A stretch of DNA of 64,000 bases, taken from contig CAWDML010000005.1 of assembly GCA_963803435.1 (NCBI GenBank), positions 192,001 through 256,000 of the forward strand. Reading direction: 5' to 3'. This stretch comes from an uncultured delta proteobacterium. GTDB taxonomy: Bacteria; Myxococcota; Kuafuiibacteriia; Kuafuiibacteriales; Kuafuiibacteriaceae. Made by a program: the position numbers and the translations under genes. The notes below the pieces were generated by a model. The model ran no database searches. It saw only the letters and a program-made list of their open reading frames with translations, and was not told the origin of the DNA. Of the stretch, positions 31,405-41,416 are shown piece after piece. How positions within the stretch are numbered: the first letter of the stretch is position 1; every line of letters begins with the position of its first letter.

Positions 31405-32337
31405 ATGACGGACATCCGCGATCCCAACTTCTTCAACGCCATGCGCCAGATGCAGCAGCTCCAGTTCCTGCTGTCGCAGTCCGACGCGGCCTGCATGGAG
31501 CCGGGCGCGGATCCCATGGCGGATCCGTACTTCCAGATCGATCCGGGCCTCGAAGCTCTGACCGGACCCGGAGCCCAGCAGCTTCCGACCTCCGAGAGCG
31601 CGTTCGCCGCCTATATGTCTCAGCTGAGCGACCCTCAAGCGCAGCAGTGGGCGGATCGGATGAACCGCAGCGTGGTCCAACAGGACGCGCCGCAGGAGGA
31701 CACCGGCGATCCGAAGGACCACACCGACGGCACGCAGAGCTACGGTGGAATCGACTCGGACGTCTACGCGGGCGCGTGGGATGGCGTCACGATCCGCGGC
31801 CCGAACGGGAACCCGCTCCTGACCGACGCGCACGCCGCCGGGTTGGGCTTCGACACCGAGGCGGAGCTCGGCGCCCATGCGGATGCCGACTGGGCGGGGT
31901 TCGAAGCGGGCGTCGGCGGCGAGCTGAAGGCCGAGGCGAAGGCAGGCGGTTGGGCGGCCGGCACCGCCGATCTCAGCCAGGGTGATCTCGCCGGTGCGCT
32001 GCACGGCGGTGCTTTCGCCGGCGCGATGGCGCACGGGAACGGCGAGCTCGGTGTTCGCTACGCGCACGCGGACCTCGATGCGGGCGTCGGCGTCGGCTAT
32101 GGGCTCGACGGTGGAGTCCACGCCGGGCTCGACGACTGGAAGCTCAAGGCCGGCTTCGATCTGAAGCTCGGCTTTGGTCCCGCGTTCGAGATCAGCCCGG
32201 ACGTCGAGATCGACTTCAAGCAGATCAAGGACGACGTGGTGGATGCGGGCAAAGCGATCGGGGGCGCCGCGAAGTCCGCGTGGAACTGGTTGAGCGGCGG
32301 CGACGGCGGCAAGCCCAAGGACAACAGCCTCGACTGA
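31405..32337 (+). CDS. Hypothetical protein with Gly/Ala-rich beta-meander C-terminal domain (putative membrane-active effector)
   Basis: GAGG RBS; Met/Gln-rich N-terminus; alternating beta strands (AEAKAGG...FDLKLGFG..EISPDVEIDF) then an amphipathic tail. Confidence 0.7.
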   Translation: MTDIRDPNFFNAMRQMQQLQFLLSQSDAACMEPGADPMADPYFQIDPGLEALTGPGAQQLPTSESAFAAYMSQLSDPQAQQWADRMNRSVVQQDAPQEDTGDPKDHTDGTQSYGGIDSDVYAGAWDGVTIRGPNGNPLLTDAHAAGLGFDTEAELGAHADADWAGFEAGVGGELKAEAKAGGWAAGTADLSQGDLAGALHGGAFAGAMAHGNGELGVRYAHADLDAGVGVGYGLDGGVHAGLDDWKLKAGFDLKLGFGPAFEISPDVEIDFKQIKDDVVDAGKAIGGAAKSAWNWLSGGDGGKPKDNSLD

Positions 32338-32350
32338 TCGGAGACCCAAC

Positions 32351-33203
32351 ATGTCCACCACCGAGCTCGCAAAGAGATGGGAAGCTCTGCGTACTCTGCT
32401 CCGCGAGGGAGACAACCATTCGATCCGGGCGTTCGCGATCGAGCTCATCGAATCGCCTCCCGCCGACGCGGGGGCCGCCTCCGCGATGAAGGCTCAGCTC
32501 GAGATTCGCGTCGGGAAAGGGAACAGTCGTACGGAAGAAGCTCCAAGCGACTTCGAAGACCCGCGCGTTGTCGTCCTACGAGAGCCTGATCCTCGGGCTG
32601 CTGGAGCTCGACCAGGGTGAGGTCAAGAGCGCGACCAAGCACCTGCAGGACGCGAAGAACGGTGGCTTGAGGGATCCGAGGATCCCGGCGGCCCTGGGGC
32701 GCATCGCGCTGGCGGACAATCGCCCGGACGTCGCCAAGAAGATGTTCGAGCGGGCGCTCAAGATGGATCCCCAGAGCTTCCACGCGCGCTGGTCGCTGGG
32801 GATGGCCGAAGCTCGGCTCGGGGAGGTCGAGCGTGCGTTCTGCGCGTTCTCCCAGGCGGCCGTCGAGCGCCCCAAGTTCGAGCCGGCGCTGCTCGACTCC
32901 GTCCGCTGCGCCGTGAAGCTCGGCCGGGCAGCCGAGGTCCTGGCGACGATCCACGTCGCAGCGTCTCGCCCCCGTGCGAGCGCCCGGGTGCGGATGGCGT
33001 ACGCGGACTGTCTGCTCGCGGTCGGCCGCATCCAGGACGCGCTCGCCGTTCTCGCGCCGCTGGCGCAGCGTTCGAAGGACGCGGGCTTCCTGTTCGAGGT
33101 GGGCAAGATCGCGATGGGGGCCGATCGGCCGAATCTGGCTCGCGCGCTCAACGCCCGCGCGGCCTCGCTCTCCAAGGCTGCGCCGGTCTCCAAGGGCGCC
33201 TGA
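32351..33203 (+). CDS. TPR protein; apparent frameshift at ~32505
   Basis: GGAG RBS; GATTC>GATC joins 32351-32620 with the TPR ORF 32568-33203. Confidence 0.7.
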
Positions 33204-33224
33204 GAAACACCCTCGACCCTCGAC

Positions 33225-34071
33225 ATGGACGAGTACGAGGAGCTCGCCGGTGAGATCAGGAGACGCCAGGCCTTCGGGCGCTTCTTCAAGCTCGCGATCT
33301 ATTGCTCCCCGCTCCTGATGATGGGGCTCTGCTCGTACCGCTGGTTCGGTGCCGAGCTGCTCGCGACCAAGTACCGGCTCACGGATGAGCAACGCAGCGA
33401 GATCAGGGGCGCGATCGCGATCGCGCGCAGCGACGCGGGGCGGATGGATCAGGCCTACCGCGCGGCCGTCGCGTCGTCCCGAGACCTGGTTCCGCGTCCG
33501 GATCTGGGCCCGTGTCCGATCCGTCTCGGAGTCCGCCTCAAGTACACGAAGGAAGGCTGGCAGTCGCCGCAGCACAACCAGCAGTTCCCGTGGCTCGAGC
33601 TCACCCGGAGCGCGACCGCGTCGATCCCGGAGAGCTCTTGCGCGACCAGCCTTCGGATCAGCGCCGATTTTCTCGAACGCCAGCTTGCGGAGGATCTCGT
33701 CCTGGACCGATCCGGAGGGACCGAGCCTCCTGGTGGAACGCTCGCATCACCTTCTCCCGCGGGAGACGGTCGAGGTCATCCTGGTGGTCGATCGACGGCA
33801 GCAGCCGGTCACGCTGGGCACGCAGTTCATCCCGGGCGAGATCGTAGGGACCGCGTATCTGTACGATCATTCGAGCGCACGGATCCTCTGCGCCGGGCAC
33901 GTCGCGGCCCACAGCTCGGGGTCCGTCGAGTACAGCTACTACCAGCGCGGCGTGCTCGACACGTCGGCGGGTTACGCGGAGGCGAGCGACTCGATCCGAC
34001 GGGACTTCGCGATCGAAGTGGAACGGGCGATCGCGATGTCGATGGACGACCTGGCCGGTCCCGTCGAATGA
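33225..34071 (+). CDS. Membrane-anchored hypothetical protein; apparent frameshift at ~33690
   Basis: N-terminal TM; protein-like sequence switches from ORF 33225 to ORF 33349-34071. Confidence 0.55.
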
Positions 34072-34086
34072 CGGGATCCTTCAAGC

Positions 34087-35280
34087 TCAAAAGAGGACGA
34101 AGAGCCCGGCGAGGAGGAGCAGCAGCCCCCACGTCCCGGACGATCCGGAGTTTCCGGCGGTTCGGCAGCCGCACCCCTCGCCCACCGGCGCGCCTCCGCC
34201 GGTATCGCCGAGCACCGTGTAACCGTCGTCGAGGACCGCGGTCTGTCCGTCGGGGTTCCGGACCAGCACGTCGTAGACGCCGGGAGAGATGCCGGAGGGG
34301 ATCCGGGCGAGGATCGTGGTGCTGCCGGGCACCGAGACCTCGTTCGCCTGGATCGCTCCGATCATCAGATCGAGGCCGGGCTGAAAGTTGGTGCCCACGA
34401 CCGTCACGTCGACCGTCGAGTCGGTGGGGCCCTTGTCCGGAGAGATGGCGGTGATCGTGGGAGGTCCCTGGCCGCTGCCCGCGTCGCCCTTGGTCACGCC
34501 GCCGTCTTCGTCGTCGCCCCCGTCGAGCTCCGCGCCCCCGTCCGCGCGAGGGCCGCCGTCGGCCGGCGAGACGCCACCGTCGGCGTTGGTGTTGCCGGCG
34601 TCGTTCGGTACGCCGGCGTCGCCCGACTGATTGCACGGGCCGCCCGGGTCCCAGGGCGTGAGGTCCTGGTACTCGACGACCGCTCGGAGCACGAAGTCTC
34701 CGGCCGCGGGGGAGGCCGACCATCCCCCCTGCGAGGGGAGGAAGACGGTGTTCGTCCCTTGCACGCCGTCGGAGTCGAACAGGAGCGGTCGTCCTGTGAT
34801 GTTTCCTCCGGAGTCGTCGATCTGCTGCCGCAAGCAGACGCGGAAGTCGTCGGTGAGGCTCTGCGCATTGAAGAACAGGCCGGTGAATCCGTCCGCTGCG
34901 GAGGCCGGGATGCCCACGCCGGTCTCGTAGATCCGCGCGCCCGGTGTATCGTTGCCCTCCTCCGGGTAGAGCTCGAGGAGCGTCGCCACCAGGTCGCCGG
35001 ATCCGAACGCCGCTGCGAATCCCGTCAGCTGGAAGCTGGCGGCCGGCGCGGGGAAGCTGGCGCACGCGGCCTCGAGGAAGTTCTCCAGGACCACGCCGCC
35101 GGCTGCGGCTCCCGAGACGTCGAGGTTGTCGTTGCAGAGGACGTAGCGTCCCGGCTGGCTGCAGTCCGGCCCGCATTGAAAGGGCGGTACCTGGGCGAGC
35201 GCGTCCTCCCCCGCGAGACCCGAAGCCAGCGCCACGGCAGTGAGCACGGTGATCCTTCGCGCGGCGACTCCGTCCGGCAT
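34087..35280 (-). CDS. IPT/TIG-domain surface protein with MYXO-CTERM sorting signal
   Basis: PPTITAISP..G...VTVVGTNF, GVYDVLVRNPDG; GCGCR...WGLLLLLAGLFVLF. Confidence 0.8.
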   Translation of the reverse strand: MPDGVAARRITVLTAVALASGLAGEDALAQVPPFQCGPDCSQPGRYVLCNDNLDVSGAAAGGVVLENFLEAACASFPAPAASFQLTGFAAAFGSGDLVATLLELYPEEGNDTPGARIYETGVGIPASAADGFTGLFFNAQSLTDDFRVCLRQQIDDSGGNITGRPLLFDSDGVQGTNTVFLPSQGGWSASPAAGDFVLRAVVEYQDLTPWDPGGPCNQSGDAGVPNDAGNTNADGGVSPADGGPRADGGAELDGGDDEDGGVTKGDAGSGQGPPTITAISPDKGPTDSTVDVTVVGTNFQPGLDLMIGAIQANEVSVPGSTTILARIPSGISPGVYDVLVRNPDGQTAVLDDGYTVLGDTGGGAPVGEGCGCRTAGNSGSSGTWGLLLLLAGLFVLF

Positions 35281-35359
35281 CGCGCCATCGTAACCCGGGG
35301 CCTCCGCGCGCAGAAGAAAGCGAGTCGGCCCGTGGTGCGAACCGGGCGGCGACCGTACG

Positions 35360-36907
35360 ATGGAGGGCGAGGTGCAGCGCGGCTACTCCATCTTTATCGC
35401 CGTGGCGCTCCTCGGCTGCGGTGACCGCGCCGTGCCGCCTCCCGAGTCCTCGCTCGTGGCCTACATCTCGCCGGACGGGGACGACGCCGATCCGGGCACG
35501 CGGGCAGCGCCCTTTCGGACCGTCGCTCGGGGTTTGAGCGAGGCGTTCGATCGTCTCGTCCTCCTCTCCGGCGTGCACACCGAGGGCGCGTTCGTCGTCG
35601 ATCGCCCGGTGCGCCTCGAGGGTGAGGGCGACGCCGCGATTGCCGGCCCCGTGCAGGTCGGAGCGGATCGGGTGGACCTCGCGCACCTGCGGGTCGACGG
35701 CGGTCTCGAGGCGCGCGCGGCAGGCGACCTGAGCATCGAGACCGCCACGATCACCGCGGGCTCGAACGCGCACGCGCTCCAGCTGGACGGAGGCTCGGCC
35801 AACCTCGCCGCCGTGGTCCTCGAGTGCGGTCGCGAGACCTGTCTCTTCGCGAGGGGCGCCACGCTTACCGTCGATCGCTGCCGCGCGACCGCGACCTCGT
35901 CGAGCACCGGGCGCATCTTCCGGCTGGTGCAGAGCCGCTCCGTCATCCGTCACACGCAGGCGCGCGGCGGGGGGACCGCTTCGTTTCAGATCGAGACGGG
36001 AGATGCCGAGCTCGCGGACGTGAGTTTGATCGGCGGATCCAACGGGCTGGTGGCGCTCGCTGGGGCGAGGGTGGCCGCCGATGAGGTGGTCGTGTCCGAG
36101 GCTGCCCGGACCAGCCTGCTCCTCCAGCGAGTCACCGCCTCGATCCAGGGCGGGCGCCTGGGCGCCACCGAAGATCTCACCGTGGGGATCTCGGGGGCCA
36201 CCGTTCACCTCGACGAGGTGCGTGTCGAGGCCTCCACCCACGGCGCGATCAGCGTCAGCGCAGCGGCGGGGGTCCGATCCGAGGTCGAGCTCTCCGGCGG
36301 CGTTGTGGGCCACGGTGCCCGGGCCGCGCTCCTGATCGACAGTGGCGACGTGATCATCCTGGGCACGCGCTTCGAAGGTCTCGCCGGCGCCGAGGGAGAC
36401 GACGCGATCACCGCGGTCGGCCCGGACGCGTCTGTCACCATCGAAGGCGCGACGTTCGAGGACTCCGGCGGCTACGGCGTCGCGCTCTACGGCGGCGCCC
36501 GTGGGACCGTCTCCGCCACCATCGCTCGTCCCGGGCTCGGCGGAATCCTGGTCGAAGGTCCGACCGTCGCGCCCGTCGTGATCGAGGGGGGCGTGATCTC
36601 GGGTTGCCGCGGGGGGAGCGGGATCGATCTCCAGTCGTCCTCGGGGACGGCCGTGCGACGCGTCCGGGTCGAGGGCTGCACAGAAGCCGGGATCCTCGCC
36701 TTCGGGGCCGATGGCTCGCTCGATGCGAGCGTCCTGATCGACAACGTTCAGTTTGGCGCGGCCGCGTTCTCTGGTGGGGTGTTGACCGTGCAGGGTTCGA
36801 CGATCTCCGGGTCACCGTTCGCGACGTTCGCCACCTGCGGCGACGGCGGCCGCGTGGAGCTCCTCGGTGACAATCGGATCACCGGGGCGACCACCGAATG
36901 CCCGTGA
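35360..36907 (+). CDS. Lipoprotein with right-handed parallel beta-helix repeats
   Basis: Lipobox LLGC; YISPDGDDADPGT..APFRTV (DUF1565-like); PbH1-like repeats. Confidence 0.75.
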   Translation: MEGEVQRGYSIFIAVALLGCGDRAVPPPESSLVAYISPDGDDADPGTRAAPFRTVARGLSEAFDRLVLLSGVHTEGAFVVDRPVRLEGEGDAAIAGPVQVGADRVDLAHLRVDGGLEARAAGDLSIETATITAGSNAHALQLDGGSANLAAVVLECGRETCLFARGATLTVDRCRATATSSSTGRIFRLVQSRSVIRHTQARGGGTASFQIETGDAELADVSLIGGSNGLVALAGARVAADEVVVSEAARTSLLLQRVTASIQGGRLGATEDLTVGISGATVHLDEVRVEASTHGAISVSAAAGVRSEVELSGGVVGHGARAALLIDSGDVIILGTRFEGLAGAEGDDAITAVGPDASVTIEGATFEDSGGYGVALYGGARGTVSATIARPGLGGILVEGPTVAPVVIEGGVISGCRGGSGIDLQSSSGTAVRRVRVEGCTEAGILAFGADGSLDASVLIDNVQFGAAAFSGGVLTVQGSTISGSPFATFATCGDGGRVELLGDNRITGATTECP

Positions 36908-36911
36908 GCGC

Positions 36912-37196
36912 CTACCCGCAGCCCCAGTGGCTCCAGTAGGCGTCGACGAATGACAATCCACGCCGATGGCAGGCGGCGACGATCTGCTCGTGGCACCGCA
37001 CCGTGATGTTCGGATAGCACAGATACGTGGGCCCGCCCCCCCAGCAGACCCCATGGCAGATGGAGCCGTCGGAGCGCACAGCGTCCGTCGTGGTGGACGT
37101 CTCGTCCTCCGGTTCGATCGCGGAGTCGTCGGGTCCACACGCCGAAAGTGCGGCCAACGCCCCCGCGAATGCCAGCATCATGAATAGCTTGTTCAT
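36912..37196 (-). CDS. Small Cys-rich lipoprotein (94 aa)
   Basis: GGAGAGGG RBS; lipobox LSAC; six further Cys in the C-terminal 50 aa. Confidence 0.7.
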   Translation of the reverse strand: MNKLFMMLAFAGALAALSACGPDDSAIEPEDETSTTTDAVRSDGSICHGVCWGGGPTYLCYPNITVRCHEQIVAACHRRGLSFVDAYWSHWGCG

Positions 37197-37277
37197 CGTC
37201 CCTCTCCGTTCATGCTCGCCGTCGCAGAATCGACTCAGCGACGATTCGTGTGAGACATTCTCGGCGGACCCGATCGG

Positions 37278-38204
37278 ATGATTGTTCGCGCTCCGTTAAG
37301 AGCGTTTTGTCTCGCGACGGCTGTCGCCTTGCTCGGCACTGCCTGGGCTGCCGACGCGCTGGCACAGCCGTGCTGTGCGGGTGGGACGACGATCAGCCCG
37401 GCGCGTCTCGCGCTGCACGAGCGGGCGCTGGTCGGGGTCGCGCTCCGCTTCGACCGGAAGACCGGCGACTTCGGTCGCGACGCCGGCTACGTGCCGGTCG
37501 AGGAGGAGAGCCAGGTCGGTCTCCGTGAGGATCTGTTGATCGCGGCGCGCCTCGGCGAGCACCTGCAGGTCGGTACGTCGGTGAGCTATCTCCAGACCTG
37601 GAAGAGCTTCGACCGGGAGTCGGACTTCGGCGGTGGTCTGGGAGATCTGGCCTTCTCCGCGCGCTACGATTTCCTGGTCGCGGGCGAGCACGCGTTCCTC
37701 CCCGGCATCGCCCTCTCGAGCGGTCTCTCCGTCCCGACAGGCAAGACGGTCGATCACACGACGCATCGACTCGCGGCCGACGTGACCAGCTCGGGCTTCA
37801 CGCAGGCGACGCTCGCGCTCTCGCTGGAGGACCTCTTCTGGAGTCGCGTCTACGTGGAGGCGGCGGGCGCGTTCACGTACTGGGTCCCGCGGAGCATCGA
37901 GGACTCCCGGGTCGCGCGCCGGCCTCAGGTCAGCGTCTCACTCGGCGCCAGCTGGGCCGTGGCCGGGAGCTCCAGCGTCGGCGCCATCGGCACGCTCGAG
38001 CTGCAGGGCGCCACCGAGACCGACGGTGTGCCCTCGCCAGGATCGAACCGTCGCTCCACGACGATCGCGGTGATCGCCGGGCTGCCGCTGGGAGACTTCC
38101 GATTGCAGATGAGCGTGTTCGATACGCTGCCGATCAACGGGCTCGGTCGCAACGAGGAGGCGATGTTCGGCGTGCGGGTCGCGGTGATCCGAACGCTCCT
38201 CTGA
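37278..38204 (+). CDS. Outer-membrane beta-barrel transporter-like protein (SphA/MetA-pathway type)
   Basis: Signal peptide, N-terminal CC, GLGDL...RY, PTG motif, amphipathic strands. Confidence 0.7.
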   Translation: MIVRAPLRAFCLATAVALLGTAWAADALAQPCCAGGTTISPARLALHERALVGVALRFDRKTGDFGRDAGYVPVEEESQVGLREDLLIAARLGEHLQVGTSVSYLQTWKSFDRESDFGGGLGDLAFSARYDFLVAGEHAFLPGIALSSGLSVPTGKTVDHTTHRLAADVTSSGFTQATLALSLEDLFWSRVYVEAAGAFTYWVPRSIEDSRVARRPQVSVSLGASWAVAGSSSVGAIGTLELQGATETDGVPSPGSNRRSTTIAVIAGLPLGDFRLQMSVFDTLPINGLGRNEEAMFGVRVAVIRTLL

Positions 38205-38210
38205 TCGTGG

Positions 38211-39518
38211 TCATCCGCCTCCAGCTTTCCCCGCCCATTCTCCGATGCGATCGATCGCCGCCGTCACCCTCGGGCACGTCCTCCTCAGGAACGCCTCGTC
38301 GAGCGGAGTGCCGGCGGGGACCGTCGCGGCCGCCTCGAGGGCCACCGTGCCGTCGAAGTCGACATAGGCGATGCGGACGGTGAGCTCCCCAGGATCGCGC
38401 CCGAAGTCGACACCTGGGAGGAAGGCGACCCCGGTCTCGTCGAGCACGCGGCGCGCCAGCGTCGGGCTGTCCGCAACGCCGCGCGCGAGGAGGCTCGGCG
38501 ACAGGGGCGTGAAGTCCGGCATCAGATAGAAGGCACCATCCGGATCGGCGACCTCGATCCCCGCGCTCCGCAGTCGGGCCGCGCACCAGCGACCGAGGGC
38601 CGACAGGATCCGGCGGGAGCCCGCGAGGTAGTCGTCGATCTCCGGCCCACCTTCGTACGCGCGCACGGCGGCGTACTGGATGGGGGCGGAGGTCGAGGTG
38701 AACGTCTCGCTCGCCACCGCGGCCATCGCGTCCCGCAGCCACTCGAGCCCGGCGGGGAACGCGAAGGTTCCGAGCCGCCAGCCGCCTGCGCCGCACCACT
38801 TGGAGAGGCCGGCGCTCACGATCGTCCCCTCTGGATAATGCTCGGCGATCGAGACGTGCGCGCCCTGGTGATCGAGCTCGCCGTAGATCTCGTCCGACAA
38901 CAGCAGCACGCCGTACTTCCTCGCCGTGGACGCGAGGGCCCGGAGCTCCGCCTCCGCGTACGTGTAGCCCGTCGGGTTGTTCGGATAGTTCAGCACCACC
39001 AAGCGCGGGCGCTCGGGCTCGACCTGACACAGCTGCTCGAGACCGTCGGCGGTGAGCCGCCACTTGTTGTCGCGGCGCGTGGCCACCCACCGGACCTGCC
39101 GGCCGATGATCTTCGCCTGCGGAGCGTAGGAGACCCAGGACGGCGCCGGGATCACCAGGTCGCCGTCGTAGACGAGCTGCAGGAGGAACATCAGCTCCTT
39201 GGATCCCGGCCCGATCAACACGCGGTCGGGCGAGACGTGAAGACCCTGCGCCCGCCGGTGGTAGCTCGCGACCGCCTCGCGCAGCGCGGGGAGCCCGACC
39301 ACCTGGAGATAGTCCTTCTGGTGCGCGTTCTGGCGGAGCGCCTCCACGACCGTCCGAGGTACCGGAAAGGGCGACTGGCCCAGGCCCAGCTTGAAGATCT
39401 CGCGGCCCTGCGCGGCGAGCGCATGGCTGAGCTCGTTGATCGCGACGGTCGCGGAGGGCTTCATCCCCCGTACGTTGAGGTTGAGGCTGGCACCGACTGG
39501 CCCGGTCGCTCGTCCCAT
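38211..39518 (-). CDS. Class I/II PLP-dependent aminotransferase (aspartate aminotransferase-like)
   Basis: GLGQSP, GSKE, PNNPTG, SDEIY, SKWCGAGGWRLG. Confidence 0.9.
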   Translation of the reverse strand: MGRATGPVGASLNLNVRGMKPSATVAINELSHALAAQGREIFKLGLGQSPFPVPRTVVEALRQNAHQKDYLQVVGLPALREAVASYHRRAQGLHVSPDRVLIGPGSKELMFLLQLVYDGDLVIPAPSWVSYAPQAKIIGRQVRWVATRRDNKWRLTADGLEQLCQVEPERPRLVVLNYPNNPTGYTYAEAELRALASTARKYGVLLLSDEIYGELDHQGAHVSIAEHYPEGTIVSAGLSKWCGAGGWRLGTFAFPAGLEWLRDAMAAVASETFTSTSAPIQYAAVRAYEGGPEIDDYLAGSRRILSALGRWCAARLRSAGIEVADPDGAFYLMPDFTPLSPSLLARGVADSPTLARRVLDETGVAFLPGVDFGRDPGELTVRIAYVDFDGTVALEAAATVPAGTPLDEAFLRRTCPRVTAAIDRIGEWAGKAGGG

Positions 39519-39642
39519 CCCCTCCCCGTACTGCGTCGCTCGGGTCGGGGGTAGGGACTCGTACTCGTCCGGCGCTCGGGCATCCAACGGACGGATGGAG
39601 CAAGACGAACCCGGGAGTGTGGACGATAACCATCACGTAGAT

Positions 39643-41379
39643 ATGTCAGTCACGCTCCCACCTATTGACGGATCAGCCCCCATCAGCCGTTCGAGCCCCA
39701 AGAAGGGCGCCTCGCGGCTCCGACCCACCCTGGACGTCCCGTCCGCGCCCGCCCCGACCCCGCCGACCCGGGCGCGCTGGCCCGTCCTGAGCTGGATGAG
39801 CCGAAACCGCCTCGCGGTCACCGGCTCGATTGTCGGCGCCATGCTCTGTGGCGCGGCGCTGATCCACGGCCCCGAGCTCACGCCGAGCAATGCGGCCTTC
39901 TGCGAGGCGCAGGTGGCACGGGTGGAGGCCGCCGCCGCCTCCCCGTTCGGAGAGGCGGCCCAGGCGATGGCGAAAGACGCGCTCGCGATCACCGCGAAGG
40001 CGGAGCCGGGCCATCCGTATCTCCAATACAAGGCGGCGATCCGGATGCGGCTCGAGAAGCTCGGGTTGATCAAGGCGAGCCATGACTTCATCCACATCGA
40101 CGACGTCGACACCGAGCACGGACCTGCGGTGCTTCGTTCGGCGGTCGGCCTCGATCCGCTGGTCACGTCCATCTCCTCGACGATGAGCGTCGGCGATGTG
40201 CCTGCCGGGTTTGCGCGCGACCACCTCCGGCCCGAGCAATACCTGCGCCTCGCGAGCGAGCTCGAGCCGCAGAGCTCCGAGGGTCCCGACCTCGGGGAGG
40301 GTGAGATGCCGACGTTCGAGGCGCTGCTCCAGTCGGGCCTGCATGAGTATGAGCTGACCATCCTGGCCAAGAAGCTGCGCATCGACATGATGATCGAGCA
40401 CCGCGACGAGCTGCCTGCGAAGGCGCGCATCTTCACCAACATGTCCTGGGGATCGAGCCCCGAGGTCATCGCCATGCAGATCGCACAGCAGATGTTCATG
40501 GCGCCGCCGGACTCGGAGCTCCACCAGCTCGCCAAGCGGGTCCTGGGCGAGGAGCTCGAGGCGCCGCCGATGGGCGACGACGACGCGGAGCCCGCTCCAC
40601 CGTGCGGCGAGGGCTTCCGTGCCCAGGCGAGGATGCCGATCTGGTTTGCAAACGAGGCGGTGCCGCCCGACTACGAGAGGCTCATGAGCCAGGTCGCGAC
40701 GCTCAAGGAGCTGCTGGTGTATCCCGAGCTCAACAAGGCGCTCGCTCGGCCCGACATGAAGCGCATCGTTCAGACGGCGCGGAACGACCTGACGGCGACG
40801 TTGCGCGAGGGCCGGCGGGCTGGGATCTTGGTGTTCGAGGCGGCGGGCAACGAGTTCATGGAGGCCGACGCCGCCGGCCAGCCGGAGGGGAGCGCGTCCA
40901 CGACCGCTTACGCGCACGGGCCGATCCTCGTCGGTGCGATCGACATGGGGGAGCCGCTCGACATCCGCGACGATCGCGTCGCCGACTTCTCCTCGGAGGG
41001 GAACATCGCGTTCTCCACGCCGGGCGTCAACGTTCCCGTGTGGCTGGAGGAGGGCCGGATCGTCAATTCGAGCGGCACCAGCTTTGCGAGCCCGATCGCG
41101 CTCGAGGACGCCGCCCTCGTGGGTGCGATCGCGCCCAAGCTCTCCGTCGAGGGCATCCTGCGCGTGCTCTCGGATCCGCGGGTGGCGCTCGACATCCCGG
41201 GCACCACCCGGGACGGCGCCGGCGTCGTCGATCCGTTCGCGGCGGCCTTGGTCGCCGCCAACCCGAAGCTGACCCGCGCGCAGATCGATCGAGCGTGGCG
41301 GGAGCTCGGCGACCCGAACGCGGACATCTACCAGATCCGTGAGTCTCTTCACCTCCCTCCGATCCAGCCGGACTCCTGA
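39643..41379 (+). CDS. S8 (subtilase) family serine peptidase with N-terminal TM
   Basis: HIDD..EHG, NMSWG, AAGNE, FSS.G, SGTSFASP. Confidence 0.8.
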   Translation: MSVTLPPIDGSAPISRSSPKKGASRLRPTLDVPSAPAPTPPTRARWPVLSWMSRNRLAVTGSIVGAMLCGAALIHGPELTPSNAAFCEAQVARVEAAAASPFGEAAQAMAKDALAITAKAEPGHPYLQYKAAIRMRLEKLGLIKASHDFIHIDDVDTEHGPAVLRSAVGLDPLVTSISSTMSVGDVPAGFARDHLRPEQYLRLASELEPQSSEGPDLGEGEMPTFEALLQSGLHEYELTILAKKLRIDMMIEHRDELPAKARIFTNMSWGSSPEVIAMQIAQQMFMAPPDSELHQLAKRVLGEELEAPPMGDDDAEPAPPCGEGFRAQARMPIWFANEAVPPDYERLMSQVATLKELLVYPELNKALARPDMKRIVQTARNDLTATLREGRRAGILVFEAAGNEFMEADAAGQPEGSASTTAYAHGPILVGAIDMGEPLDIRDDRVADFSSEGNIAFSTPGVNVPVWLEEGRIVNSSGTSFASPIALEDAALVGAIAPKLSVEGILRVLSDPRVALDIPGTTRDGAGVVDPFAAALVAANPKLTRAQIDRAWRELGDPNADIYQIRESLHLPPIQPDS

Positions 41380-41416
41380 CCGGCAGCGAGCGCGCCGCCT
41401 GTAGTAGATTGCAGGC

